DNA of 64,000 nucleotides from Candidatus Pelearchaeum maunauluense (GCA_030059675.1 JANVYQ010000001.1:192001-256000), one strand, 5' to 3'. Shown: positions 28,842 through 38,654, counted from the stretch's first letter. The notes: a model not told the origin generated them from the letters alone. Made by a program: numbers and translations.

Positions 28842-30056
28842 ATGGTGCAGACCAGTCCAAAGGTTCTTAGCCTAACGCCATTAGATAAGGCGCTCTCTCT
28901 AATCAAAGAAAGCCTATCAAGCTATGTGGCGCGCACTAAGACTATTCAAGTGGAGGATAGTATAGGATATGTTGCAGCTGAAGATGTTTTCTCAAGCGTT
29001 GATATTCCTCCTTATCCTAAGGCTGCTGTTGATGGTGTAGCTGCGAGGAGTGGTCGTTTGGGTGGTGCGTCGCTCAGTAATCCTGTTAGGCTTAGGTTGG
29101 TGCGTAATCCTATTCATGAATTGCAGGAGGGGGAGGCTGTTTTTGTTTCTACCGGCGATGGAATACCCAGCGGCGCTAATGTAGTGGTCAAGATTGAGAA
29201 TGTTAGGCTTGTTGATGACGATTATGCGGAGGTTGTGGTGGCCGTTCCAGAGGGTAAGAATATAATTCCAGAGGGTTATGAGATTAAGGTTGGAGATAAG
29301 CTCGTAGAGAAGGGCAGGCGCATAAAGCCTGAAGACACAGCCCTCCTCATGGAGGCCGAGGTTGATGAGGTGCTCGTCTATGAGCGGCCCAAGATAGGGC
29401 TAATACCCGTAGGTGATGACATATACTTGGAGTTTATGAAGAGCGGGATAAAAGGTGCCAACTACTCGTTTTTAGCCGCAAAGAAGATTAATGAGTTCGG
29501 TGGGGATGTGGTGTTGATTGACCCCTCGCCTGATGATGTTGATACCCTATCTGAGAAAATCTTCAAAGCGTCAAAGACATGCGACGCGATATTCACTGTG
29601 GGCGGCTGTTCTATTGGGAGGAATGATATTGTCCATAGGACGGTAGCGGGAATGTCTGGTGCGCGTATTCTGTTTCATGGACTCAAGTATAATCCTGCTA
29701 AGCCCTCTGGATACGCGCTCATAGGTAGCACGCCTCTCCTCATGCTCCCAGGCCACGTGGTATCTATGGTCGGCGCTCTCCACCTGCTCGGTAAACCACT
29801 GATTAACCATCTCCAAGGCCTAGCGTATGATGACGAGAAACCGATAATAGCTAAGGTAGCGGCTGACCAGAAGCTTAAGCCCGGTATGGGAAACATGGTG
29901 CTGGTTAGACTGGAGAGAAGAGATAAGGACTATCTTGCATGGCCTTTATCATGGGGCACTAACTCCATAAAGAACCTAGTCATAGCTGATGGCTTTGTCT
30001 TGGTTGATGAGGGGGATTTAAAGGCAGGCCAGCAGGTAGATGTATTCCCACTATGA
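28842..30056 (+). CDS. moeA: molybdopterin molybdenumtransferase
   Basis: PPYPKAAVDG, STGDGIPSGANVVVKIE, GGCSIGRND, PAKP, LPGHVVS. Confidence 0.9.
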   Translation: MVQTSPKVLSLTPLDKALSLIKESLSSYVARTKTIQVEDSIGYVAAEDVFSSVDIPPYPKAAVDGVAARSGRLGGASLSNPVRLRLVRNPIHELQEGEAVFVSTGDGIPSGANVVVKIENVRLVDDDYAEVVVAVPEGKNIIPEGYEIKVGDKLVEKGRRIKPEDTALLMEAEVDEVLVYERPKIGLIPVGDDIYLEFMKSGIKGANYSFLAAKKINEFGGDVVLIDPSPDDVDTLSEKIFKASKTCDAIFTVGGCSIGRNDIVHRTVAGMSGARILFHGLKYNPAKPSGYALIGSTPLLMLPGHVVSMVGALHLLGKPLINHLQGLAYDDEKPIIAKVAADQKLKPGMGNMVLVRLERRDKDYLAWPLSWGTNSIKNLVIADGFVLVDEGDLKAGQQVDVFPL

Positions 30057-30068
30057 GCGTGGAGCCAC

Positions 30069-30609
30069 ATTGACTGTTATTATAGCGGTGTTTGGTAAGA
30101 AGAAGAGTGGGAAGACAGCGGTTATAGAAGCATTAATCCGCGCGCTAAACAACGATAATCTAACAATAACAGCCGCAAAGCATGTGCATCACGCTGACTT
30201 CTCCATAGATAATCCAAGCAAGGATAGCTGGCGATTCGGCAAAGCAGGGGCTAGGAGAGTCTTCATATTCTCTCCCAACGAGCTCGTTTCCATTGAGAAG
30301 ACTTCTGGAAATGAGGTTGATGAGGAGAGGCTACTCAATATAATATCAGATTCGGCTACTGATATAGTGTTCTTGGAGGGGTTTTATCAGACTCTTGCGC
30401 GCAATAGCCGTGTCTATAAGCTTGTGGTAGGCCGCGACTCCGGGGATGTTGCCGATATAGTGAGGGGGTGCCACGAACCATTACTAGGGTGTGCTTTATT
30501 GGGTAATGATGACAAATCTAATGAGGTGCTAAAGGCTGGGAAAACATACAAACTCTGGGACGATTTTAACGAGCTTGTTAGAGATATTAGAGCGTTGGCG
30601 AGGCGTTAA
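30069..30609 (+). CDS. mobB: molybdopterin-guanine dinucleotide biosynthesis protein B
   Basis: GKKKSGKT, KHVHH.F.ID...KDSWRF..AGA, FLEGF; next to moeA. Confidence 0.9.
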
Positions 30610-31040
30610 TACTGGTAGTAATATGATGCTGGTCTTTTTGTGAGCCATCGCGCTCCTGCAACTAGGTAGATTAATGCGAATATCGCAGCTAGGGCTAGAA
30701 CAACTAATGATTCTTCTATCGGCCCTCCTCCTATCCGCGAGAGGAATGCAGATGGGGTGAGTATGTGTAGTATGCCTGCGAGTATTCCCAAGACGCCGAC
30801 GGCTTTGGAGCCTGTTCTGCGCGTGGTGAGAAAAGCGGCCAGATATAGTATGTTGCTCACTACCTACATGAAAATTGGAACTAGAAATGCAACGGCGTAT
30901 AACACGACAAATGCTAGTCCGCCTAAGCCAGCTCCGCTTAGCTGTGGTGGTGAGAGGAGTAAGTATAGTAGTATTATTGTGGCGAGGAGCATCAACAGAA
31001 ATCCTACTGCCGAGGGGGTGATTCCAGCCCTCCACCCCAT
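30606..31040 (-). pseudogene. four-TM membrane protein with in-frame TAG
   Basis: A single hydrophobic frame of 145 codons from ATG 31040 (MGWRAGITPSAVGFLL...PIFM*VVSNILYL...YYYQY) is broken by TAG at 30864-30866. Confidence 0.65.
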
Positions 31041-31075
31041 ACGCGGCGCAGCTTTATTTCTATCTTAAAAATCTT

Positions 31076-31291
31076 CTAACGCGACGCAGAGACTCTACTA
31101 GCCATTTTACGTATCTCATCGCGAAGCTGCTTAGCAACATCTAGGATATCGCGGAAATAGGTTGGCTCAAGCTTTTCAGCCCCATCCCTGATAAGGAGTT
31201 GCTCTTCCTCTATTTTCTTCTCCTGAGCATCCAGCTCTATTCCACCCTCTTTGCGCTGTTCCCCGCTTTTAGTAGCGGTTTTAGCGTTCAT
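31076..31291 (-). CDS. small coiled-coil hypothetical protein
   Basis: 71 aa, charged helical composition, overlaps the upstream ORF. Confidence 0.45.
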   Translation of the reverse strand: MNAKTATKSGEQRKEGGIELDAQEKKIEEEQLLIRDGAEKLEPTYFRDILDVAKQLRDEIRKMASRVSASR

Positions 31292-31496
31292 TAGGTTCTG
31301 CTTTTATCTCGTCTAACGTTTTCTCAAGCTGTTCTAGTTTTTGTTCAAATGGTGAGAGCATTAGCGTTGGTGGGCGGGATTCTCTCTGCATCATGTTTTC
31401 TCTTCTTGTTATGGTGGTTTGTTGCTGGCTTCTCTGATGCGTAGAAGCGGGTCTGTTTGATGCTATTATTATAACGGCTATGAGCAGGGCTATCAC
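31281..31496 (-). CDS. small membrane-anchored coiled-coil protein (possibly a truncated remnant)
   Basis: TM followed by EQKLEQLEKTLDEIK; the frame stays open for about 22 codons upstream with no start codon. Confidence 0.4.
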   Translation of the reverse strand: MIALLIAVIIIASNRPASTHQRSQQQTTITRRENMMQRESRPPTLMLSPFEQKLEQLEKTLDEIKAEPNER

Positions 31497-31574
31497 CGCT
31501 GCGGTGGCCAGAATCCATGCTAGGGTGTCATTAGCCTGTGGTGGTATTATTGCGGTTTTCGCCCCCTACGTGGG

Positions 31575-33123
31575 TCATGTGCTCACCAGGCTTGAGAGCT
31601 GCCGCCCTATTGAGGCGAATGCATCAAGCACAAAGCCGCTGAGGGCTGCTACGCCGAGATACGTTATGCCGCTGACCATCAGCAAGACCTCCGCGTGGAA
31701 CGTGAAGGTGAATATGGCGTCTCCGTCTGAGAGGTAGATGTTTAGTGCGCTTATGACCGCTACGGCCACCGCTATCCAGTAGAAGTATAGGGTTGTTAAT
31801 GTTGGTGGGATTGGTGTTATGAGTTGAAGGAACTGCGAGACTAGGGAGGATATTTCGTTGAATATGCCCATGAGCGAGTTCATTAGGCCGAATATTGCTA
31901 CCAGCGTCATCTGGAGGGGTATTACCATCCCCTTGAGAACCCCGCTCACTTGCTTACGCTTCTTATCACGAAGTAGCTGCGTTGTGAGGTACTCGTTCAC
32001 GACCTCAGCAGCGGTTGTTGGCTTACCGCCTGCGCGTAGCGTCTCGCCATAGGCGGCCATGCATTTATAGGCGATGTCGCTGAGCGTCTCCACACCGAAG
32101 AGCCTCAGCGCATGCGCCTGAGGTATGCCAATCCTTATACGCGCATATAGGTTTCTAATCAGCGCGTTAAGCGGGCCATAGTCGCTGAGCATCATCATCT
32201 TGGCCGCGCCAGCGGCCGAGCCTGTGACAGCTATGTAGTCGCCTAGGCTCTTGAAAACATCGGCATATACGCTTCTCTCTCCATAACCAGCCTAACCCAT
32301 CGCCTGCCAGCTATTCCATGCATCAATAGGGGGGCTGAGGCTATGAGCATGGAGAGCGGGCCAGGTATCAACGACCTCATCAACAACCCAGCGTCGCTGG
32401 GGGCTGGTAGCGTTAGTGGGAGTATGATAAGCACGGCCATGGAAGAGACTATGATGATGCGGGAGAGCTGCTCAAGTCTATGTAGTTTCTCAGGCCTATG
32501 TGGCTCTTTGTGCATGAGCCTTCTGCGTATGTTGTTCCTTAGAAAGAGAAGCGTCATGCTGGCTAACGTTGCTATGACTGCCAGGATGGAGATGTTCAGG
32601 ACGGTAGAAGAGTATTGTGAGCCGTAGATTATCGCCATGAGTAGGAACGCTACCGAGAGGAAGCCCATGGAGCTTAGGAGAGCTGAATACGACTCGGCAA
32701 GCCTCTTAAGCTTCTCAACCATCTTCTCAAACTCGGCCTCAGGAGACGCCAGAAACTTCTGGAACTCTATCAGCGTAAAATCGCCAAGACCTACGCCAGC
32801 CTGCGCGGCGTGGCTAAGCCTATTGAGAAGCTCGCGGTGGTTTTGGTCTATATTATCCGAGGCAGCAGCCCTAAGAGCGGCTGTCTGCAAGTACCCCCAC
32901 TTCTCAACCATCACCTGTATTTTGGCGAATAGATACGAGACTGGTGTTAGGAGCTTTTCGCGGCCTAGAATCCGTAGAGCGGTTTTGAGCGGTATCCCTG
33001 AAGCTCCTAGGCTTGTTAGGTAGAGTAGTGTTATTGGGTAGAGTTCTGACAGCCTTCTGTTTAGGGAGAATCGCTTGAGGAGCCTTGTTTTGTGGTTTGT
33101 TCTCTTATTTCTGTCTGAGCCAT
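31575..33123 (-). pseudogene. arlJ: archaellum platform protein ArlJ/FlaJ, frameshifted
   Basis: Multi-TM T2SS-F-like halves 32243-33154 and 31575-32198 joined by a missing T at 32254-32257 (restores FFKSLGDY...SDYGPLN); the ATG at 33123 is also out of frame. Confidence 0.85.
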
Positions 33124-34817
33124 ACGCTCTCTCCCCGCTCAACGCGCTCGGCAACCTTTGCCACGCCCTCGTCGTAGCAGAGCTTCACAACGTTCCAAAC
33201 CTGCTCGTAGTCGGTTATCCCCAGCTCCACTAGGCGCTGGAGAATCCACGCCCTCCTCTCCAGCTCGTCATAAACCCGCCGCGCATCGCGGCGCGAGAAA
33301 CCCATAAGAGTAAGTATCTTGGTCTCAAGAAGAAAGCTGTTTCCCTCACCCCTAAAACATGCACACCATCAACAGCATCCCAGCTGAAGAGCTCTATGAA
33401 GTCAAAACTATCCATGCTTGGGTCGTAGCCCGCCATCTCATTTACGCTCAGTATGCGGCGCTCAACCTTCCCTGTCCGCGGTATCCTTACCGCGCTCTGG
33501 ATTACTACGCAGTTGAGTATATCTATGTAGGTCTTGGGTATGTTTATCGGGTCTCCCGTGAGGCGTTGTATAACCTTCTCCACAGAGCCTGCGTGGAACG
33601 TTGCCAGCACTGGATGCCCTGTCTGCATGGCTTGGAATGCCACCGTGGCCTCGGCTCCGCGTATCTCGCCGACTATGATGAAGTTCGGCCTCTGCCTAAG
33701 CGCCGCCTTGAGCAGGTCAAAGAGCTCCACACTGGGTCCTCCCTGCTCGCCCTGCCTAGTAACCTCCCTAACCCAGTTGCCGTGGGGGACGATTATCTCA
33801 GGCGTGTCCTCTATGCTTATTATCTTGGCCTTTGGGTTGATGAAGACGCAGGCCGCTCTCAGGGCTGTTGTCTTCCCAGAGGCGGTCTCCCACAGAACCA
33901 TACACTAAAGCCATACTCAAGCAGTAGCCAGAGGTAGGCAGCCTCAAGGGCGCTGAGCGTGCCCCACTGTATCAGGCTGGTTATGCTCACAGGCTTCTCG
34001 GAGAACTTTCTTATCGTGAAGTTTGAGCCACACCTGCTAATATCGCTGCCGAACACTATGTTTATGCGCAAGCCGTCTGGGAGGGGGCGTCGACTATGGG
34101 CCGTCTATACGTTACAGGCCTCCCAGCCCTCTCCGAGAGCCTTAAGACAAAGCCATCAAGCTCCTCCGCGCCATTAAACCTAACGTTAGTCTCACAGCTT
34201 CCGAAGATTTTATGCTCAACAAACACGGGCCCGACGCCGTCGCATGGTATATCCTCTATGTATTGGTCGCGGATGAACGGCTCAAGCGGGCCTAGATAGA
34301 CCTTCTCCATGACCATCTCAAAGCGGAGCGCGTCAAACGTTTCCTGATTCACGTATATTGCGAGCAGCTTACCCTTACGTCTCGCTTCATTATATTCCCA
34401 GAGCTCTAGGCTGTCGTCAACTACTAGAATTTGGTCCAGCAGCTCCATGAGGAGCTGTTCATGCTCCTCTTTTGTCGCGAATGTTTTGGTAGCGTCTATG
34501 AGCGCCGCCATTCCTTCTTCAACCAGCATAAGCAGGTCCCGCGCCTCTGGAGGAGCTTGCGGCGTTACCGCGTTGTAATACGCGCGCTCACCCTCGCGCG
34601 AGTAGACGTGTATGAAGATTGGGACTCCCACTGGGTAGATTATGCTGAAGCTCTTCTGGTATCGTAGGTCTCTGGAGAGCTGTTCGCGGTACTCTATTGG
34701 CCTGCCTGTCCTGCGGCTCCATTCTATGATATACCTCTGTAGATGCGGGAAACGCGCGGCTATTCTTCTTATTTCTGCGCCGCCAGCGAGTTTTTGCTGG
34801 GAGACCTGAACCGACAT
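33105..34817 (-). pseudogene. arlI: archaellum motor ATPase ArlI/FlaI, three frameshifts
   Basis: Four ORF pieces; restored motifs PIVDA.LPDG.RINIVFG, NFTIRKF, CGETASGKTT, SIEDTPE, LRQRPNFIIVGEIRG, TGH..TFH; breaks at about 34085, 33890 and 33355. Confidence 0.92.
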
Positions 34818-34830
34818 GTATGGCGCCTCC

Positions 34831-35523
34831 TCATGCTTTGGCCTGTGAGAATGGGAGAACCTTTATCCCGAATGCTTGGTCAACCTCAAACGAGAGCGTA
34901 AGGCCTCCCTTGAGCTTCATGACTTGGAGAACGCGGACAAGCTTTTCGCCAACCTCCTTAACTGAGAGAACAAGATGTGCGTCAGATATTGAGCGGAGAC
35001 GCAGAAACATATCCTGGTCTACTGCGTATTGGTGGATTGTTATTATGACAGTTTTTCCATCCTCATCAACTACGTTTCTTATCCGCGTTAGGAAGTTTAG
35101 AATTTCCCTAGTATCGGCGTGTGTTAAGAGATATGTGAGCGAGTCCAGTATGAAGACGTCATGTTTCTTTTCCTGCTTCATGAATGAGGTTATAACGTTT
35201 AGCAGTATTGATGATATGTTATCAGCCCACTCAAGCGTCTTGACATGCAGCTCGCTTATCTTCAAGCTACCGTTAATGAAGTATGGCTTTACGTCCCAAG
35301 ATAGATTACTCATTCCATAGATTATTCCTTTGAGGCTTGTCTTGGTGGTTATGTAATATACTGTAAAGCCGCTTCTTAGAGCACCATAGCAATACTGCAT
35401 CGCGATTACTGATTTCCCGCTATCGTTGGCTCCTTCTATTAGGCAGAGGGGCGGGGTTGGTATTCCACCAACCTTCCTGTCCAGCTCGGGGTTGAAGCTC
35501 CGTATGACTGCGTCACCCGCCAA
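34831..35523 (-). CDS. arlH: archaellum protein ArlH/FlaH (KaiC/RecA-like ATPase), possibly degenerate
   Basis: NPELDRKVGGIP, EGANDSGKS, ILDSLT, SISDAHL, SFEVDQAFGIKVLP. Confidence 0.88.
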   Translation of the reverse strand: MAGDAVIRSFNPELDRKVGGIPTPPLCLIEGANDSGKSVIAMQYCYGALRSGFTVYYITTKTSLKGIIYGMSNLSWDVKPYFINGSLKISELHVKTLEWADNISSILLNVITSFMKQEKKHDVFILDSLTYLLTHADTREILNFLTRIRNVVDEDGKTVIITIHQYAVDQDMFLRLRSISDAHLVLSVKEVGEKLVRVLQVMKLKGGLTLSFEVDQAFGIKVLPFSQAKA

Positions 35524-36046
35524 CCCACTCAGCCCCCACAAAACGAACCAAGACTGGATACTGCCCGTCAATCAAATCATCGAGCCATGCCTCAACCTCT
35601 ATCGTTTCACGCACATTCCAGATACCAGAATAACCATCAACAAGGTCTATGTGGTCTAGTAGCTCGCCAGCAAAACCGTTGGTATATACAGCTATTATAC
35701 GCCATCCCTCTGGTTTCGCCCTACCTGGGTCGTAAGACAGCCATACACTACGTAAAGCGCCATCAGTCTTTCTTACGTATGTGATTATTACATCAACGTA
35801 TCTAAAGTTGGCCGCCCTATGCGCGTATGGCCCTTCGTTCTCCACGTAGAATTGGATAAGATGGGGCTGGACGACCGTTATGTTTAGTATTTTGTAGTGG
35901 TTTTGTCTTAATGCTATTTCTGCTGATTCTATCGTTGATTTCTGTAATTCTACCAGCAGGCTACCTGCTGCCGTGAATAGTAATAGGGCTGGGATAAGTG
36001 TCATGGCCGCAAGCCACGCAGCAGCTATCGTGGCGAAGCCCGACAT
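35513..36046 (-). CDS. arlF: archaellum stator protein ArlF/FlaF-like
   Basis: N-terminal TM (MSGFATIAAA...), VENEG, VDVIITY, GIWNVRETIEV; position between arlG and arlH. Confidence 0.7.
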   Translation of the reverse strand: MSGFATIAAAWLAAMTLIPALLLFTAAGSLLVELQKSTIESAEIALRQNHYKILNITVVQPHLIQFYVENEGPYAHRAANFRYVDVIITYVRKTDGALRSVWLSYDPGRAKPEGWRIIAVYTNGFAGELLDHIDLVDGYSGIWNVRETIEVEAWLDDLIDGQYPVLVRFVGAEWVGG

Positions 36047-36057
36047 GTCGGAACACA

Positions 36058-37233
36058 CTATACTGAGAAGTAGTAATCAGACTTCTGGCCCAGATAGGCC
36101 ACGAACCTAACGAAGTACTCGCCAGCGCTCAACGTGAAGTTAAGCGTAATCGTTATGAGTAGTGTCTCGCCTGGGTCCCATCTTCCGTCGTTATCAACGT
36201 CGTTCATGGCTGTGTATGTCCAGCCCAGTGATGTTCCTTGGTATGGTATACTTACCAACATGCTTCGGTTCCCTAGGAAGATGTCGGATAGCTTAACCAG
36301 CTCTGGGTGTATGTCTGCGCTTCCCGTATTCTTTACCCATGCTCTTACCTCGCTGCTCCCAGAGGTTGATGTGGCGAATATTATCTCCGTATCTATTGAG
36401 AGCTCCTTTTTGAGCCGTTCTATTTTTTCGCGGTGCGCTTGGCCGAGGTCTCCCAGTGTGGTGAATACCGATGCAGAGAACGCCGACGCAGCCACTATAG
36501 CGGCTATCAGGATTATTGCCTCAGCTATCACGTAGCCCGTCGGCATACCCTTAGAACCCCCAGACTTTCCGTGAATATTGGACTGGCCTGAGAGGCCATG
36601 AAGCCTGTCAAACGCCGTGAGGAGAAGCAATAGTAGTGGGCCGTCTTCCTCATGCGCTACTTTTGATAGTAGATAGAGAACAACCAACACATTACCCAGA
36701 CCATAGTTCTTAGGAGCCAGCGACTCGTATTGAAGGCCAAAATCACTTCTGGCAGAGAGTTCCAGCGCTTCTTTAACGTCATCGGCTATATCCTTAGGCA
36801 ACAATCCTTTCCAGGCCATCATATTTACTATGTTTAAGACCTGCTCGCGGCCAACGAGACCTATCATAAGATACGTGGCAGCCATTATGTTTAGGAACCT
36901 ACCGAGACTTCTCCCCTCTGTTCTACGCGGTATTATTGATAACTGTTCATAATGCTGTTTTAAGGGCTCTATCTGCTGATGAGGCTCTTCTTTATGCTGT
37001 TCCATGTCGGACTTTTTACTCTGCTGGGTTTTTAGCTCAGGGATGTTTGAGCCTAGAAGCGCGCTAACATAGGTGAATGGGTTTTCAAGTGTTCCGAGAA
37101 TTTCACGCACATCTAGGAGTGTCTTCTCTAATGGCTCCTTGAGGCTCTTCACCTCTTCCTCAAGTTGCCGCAGTTTCTTTTCTAAAGGGTCGCGGGATGG
37201 AATCTCTTCGCCTGCCAATACCTCCACCTCCAA
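36058..37233 (-). CDS. arlG: in-frame fusion of an ArlC/D/E-like coiled-coil protein (about 36547-37233) with ArlG/FlaG (36058-36546)
   Basis: N-part LEEEVKSLK...LLDVRE.L..LENPF; C-part MPTGYVIAEAIILIAAIVAASAF...WVKNTG...WDPGETLLI typical of ArlG. Confidence 0.72.
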   Translation of the reverse strand: MEVEVLAGEEIPSRDPLEKKLRQLEEEVKSLKEPLEKTLLDVREILGTLENPFTYVSALLGSNIPELKTQQSKKSDMEQHKEEPHQQIEPLKQHYEQLSIIPRRTEGRSLGRFLNIMAATYLMIGLVGREQVLNIVNMMAWKGLLPKDIADDVKEALELSARSDFGLQYESLAPKNYGLGNVLVVLYLLSKVAHEEDGPLLLLLLTAFDRLHGLSGQSNIHGKSGGSKGMPTGYVIAEAIILIAAIVAASAFSASVFTTLGDLGQAHREKIERLKKELSIDTEIIFATSTSGSSEVRAWVKNTGSADIHPELVKLSDIFLGNRSMLVSIPYQGTSLGWTYTAMNDVDNDGRWDPGETLLITITLNFTLSAGEYFVRFVAYLGQKSDYYFSV

Positions 37234-37242
37234 ACACCCCTA

Positions 37243-37776
37243 TCATTTTGGAATCACGACAAACTCGCAATATTCACCACCGTTGAGAATGCATGTACTC
37301 TCCCAAACCTCCGCACTGCTCTCCATGTATTTGTTGAAGAGCGCGCGAAGCAGCCCTTTTATGAAGCAGCAGCCAACACTTGTTCTCTTATGGCTATGCG
37401 GCAGATCATTTAGGAGGAATGAAATAGGTATCCAGCCGCTGAGGCGGACAAGTACTCCTGAGCGTTCTCCGACAAGGCTTCTGAAAACCGCCAGCTCACT
37501 TCCAAACTGGCCTTTAATCAGCATGTATTCCCGTAGTAATCTCTCTGAGACCGTTAGTATATCTCCCTCGGTTTCCTCAACCTCCTCCGAGCACTCATAC
37601 AGTCTCTCTGCCTCGTATTCGCCTAGTTGCTCCAGCAGGTTGGCCGCCGCGCGCACACCTATGGAGCGCGCGAGCGAGATTCCGATGAACTGAACAAACG
37701 ACCTATCAAACAGTATCCTCTCCCTACGCACAGCGGCTCCCTCTGTTTTGAAGGATTTAAAATGAATCGTATTCAT
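37243..37776 (-). CDS. V4R-domain protein
   Basis: C-terminal CCFIKGLLRALF...VWESTCILNGGEYCEFVV; real start may be GTG at 37731. Confidence 0.8.
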   Translation of the reverse strand: MNTIHFKSFKTEGAAVRRERILFDRSFVQFIGISLARSIGVRAAANLLEQLGEYEAERLYECSEEVEETEGDILTVSERLLREYMLIKGQFGSELAVFRSLVGERSGVLVRLSGWIPISFLLNDLPHSHKRTSVGCCFIKGLLRALFNKYMESSAEVWESTCILNGGEYCEFVVIPK

Positions 37777-37846
37777 ATCTTATTAAAATAAGATTTGAGA
37801 TGTATAAAAATTCATAAACAAACTTATTTAGAATACTACTGAAATA

Positions 37847-38654
37847 ATGATAAAAATACAACAGGATAATTGGAAAAGCAAAAAGATGGAGACGGGGATT
37901 AACTGGGCTTGAGACAGCGATTATACTGATAGCCTTCGTCATCGTCGCCAGCGCCTTCGCCGTAGTCAGCAGTTTCAAGATAGATAGACTTCAGATGGAG
38001 GGGTTTTCCCCAGGCCTAAGGCTCTTCCAAGAGCTTATGGGGGCTTGGGGTGGGTTCACCCTGACAGGGGATGAGGCTGACGAGGGCTCCGATGAACTCA
38101 TGAGGAGCCCGAGGCTGATGAATCCCAAGACTTACGTATGTCTATGAAAGACTACGTAGGTCAGAACCCGTCCTAAATCTGGACATGTTCACGACGCAGA
38201 AGAGCTCAGAAGCCATGCAGGCTGGCTTGCAGGGGTCGCTCAGCTCTATAGAGATTGCGGGCGCGGTCATAGCCCAGGCCGACACAACTGTAACGCCAGC
38301 TAAGGTGAAGAATATCACCATACACATCAAGACGGCTGTCGGGAAGGCAGCCCCATAGACATGTCAAAGGATAAGCTCGTAATAGCCTACCGAGACCCCA
38401 ACACGTTCCTAGAGAACATCTACACAGATACGTACATTCTTAACAATAACATAACCGTAGCAGAAGTAACAGGCGATGGCGACTCTGTGCTGGAGTATGG
38501 TGAGGTCTGGAAAATCGTCATAGCCATACCAGAGCTGGCCAACCTAAACCCCAACGACATATTCGCGGTGGAGATAAAGCCACCTGTAGGCTCGCTACTG
38601 AAGGTTGAGCGAAGGCTACCACCCGCCTTCGACGCTGTTATGGACCTGACCTAA
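37847..38654 (+). pseudogene. arlB: archaellin ArlB/FlaB, interrupted
   Basis: Class III signal RRG|LTGLETAIILIAFVIVASAFA, then after the insert VLNLDMFTTQKSSEA...G...S.E..G, IDMSKDKLVIAY, GDGDSVLEYGE, F.VEIKPPVG; frameshifts at about 37853 and 38350 plus a 202-bp insertion. Confidence 0.92.
37968..38169 (+). mobile_element. 202-bp non-autonomous structured insertion, probably IS200/IS605-derived (tnpB 3' tail / right end)
   Basis: Cleanly splits the archaellin N-terminal helix with GTC on both sides; several hairpins; no terminal inverted repeats and no transposase. The insertion is seen directly; the family assignment is inference. Confidence 0.7.

Noticed and set aside
38115-38165. Hammerhead ribozyme (CTGATGA...GAAA) in the insert
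   Set aside because: After GAAA-GAC...GTC the next bases are AG, not the required UH cleavage site, and stems I and II do not form convincingly.
37847-38654. TldR/flagellin-type RNA-guided regulatory system
   Set aside because: No TnpB or TldR protein is encoded in the window and the archaellin is simply disrupted. Only a possible RNA scaffold is present.
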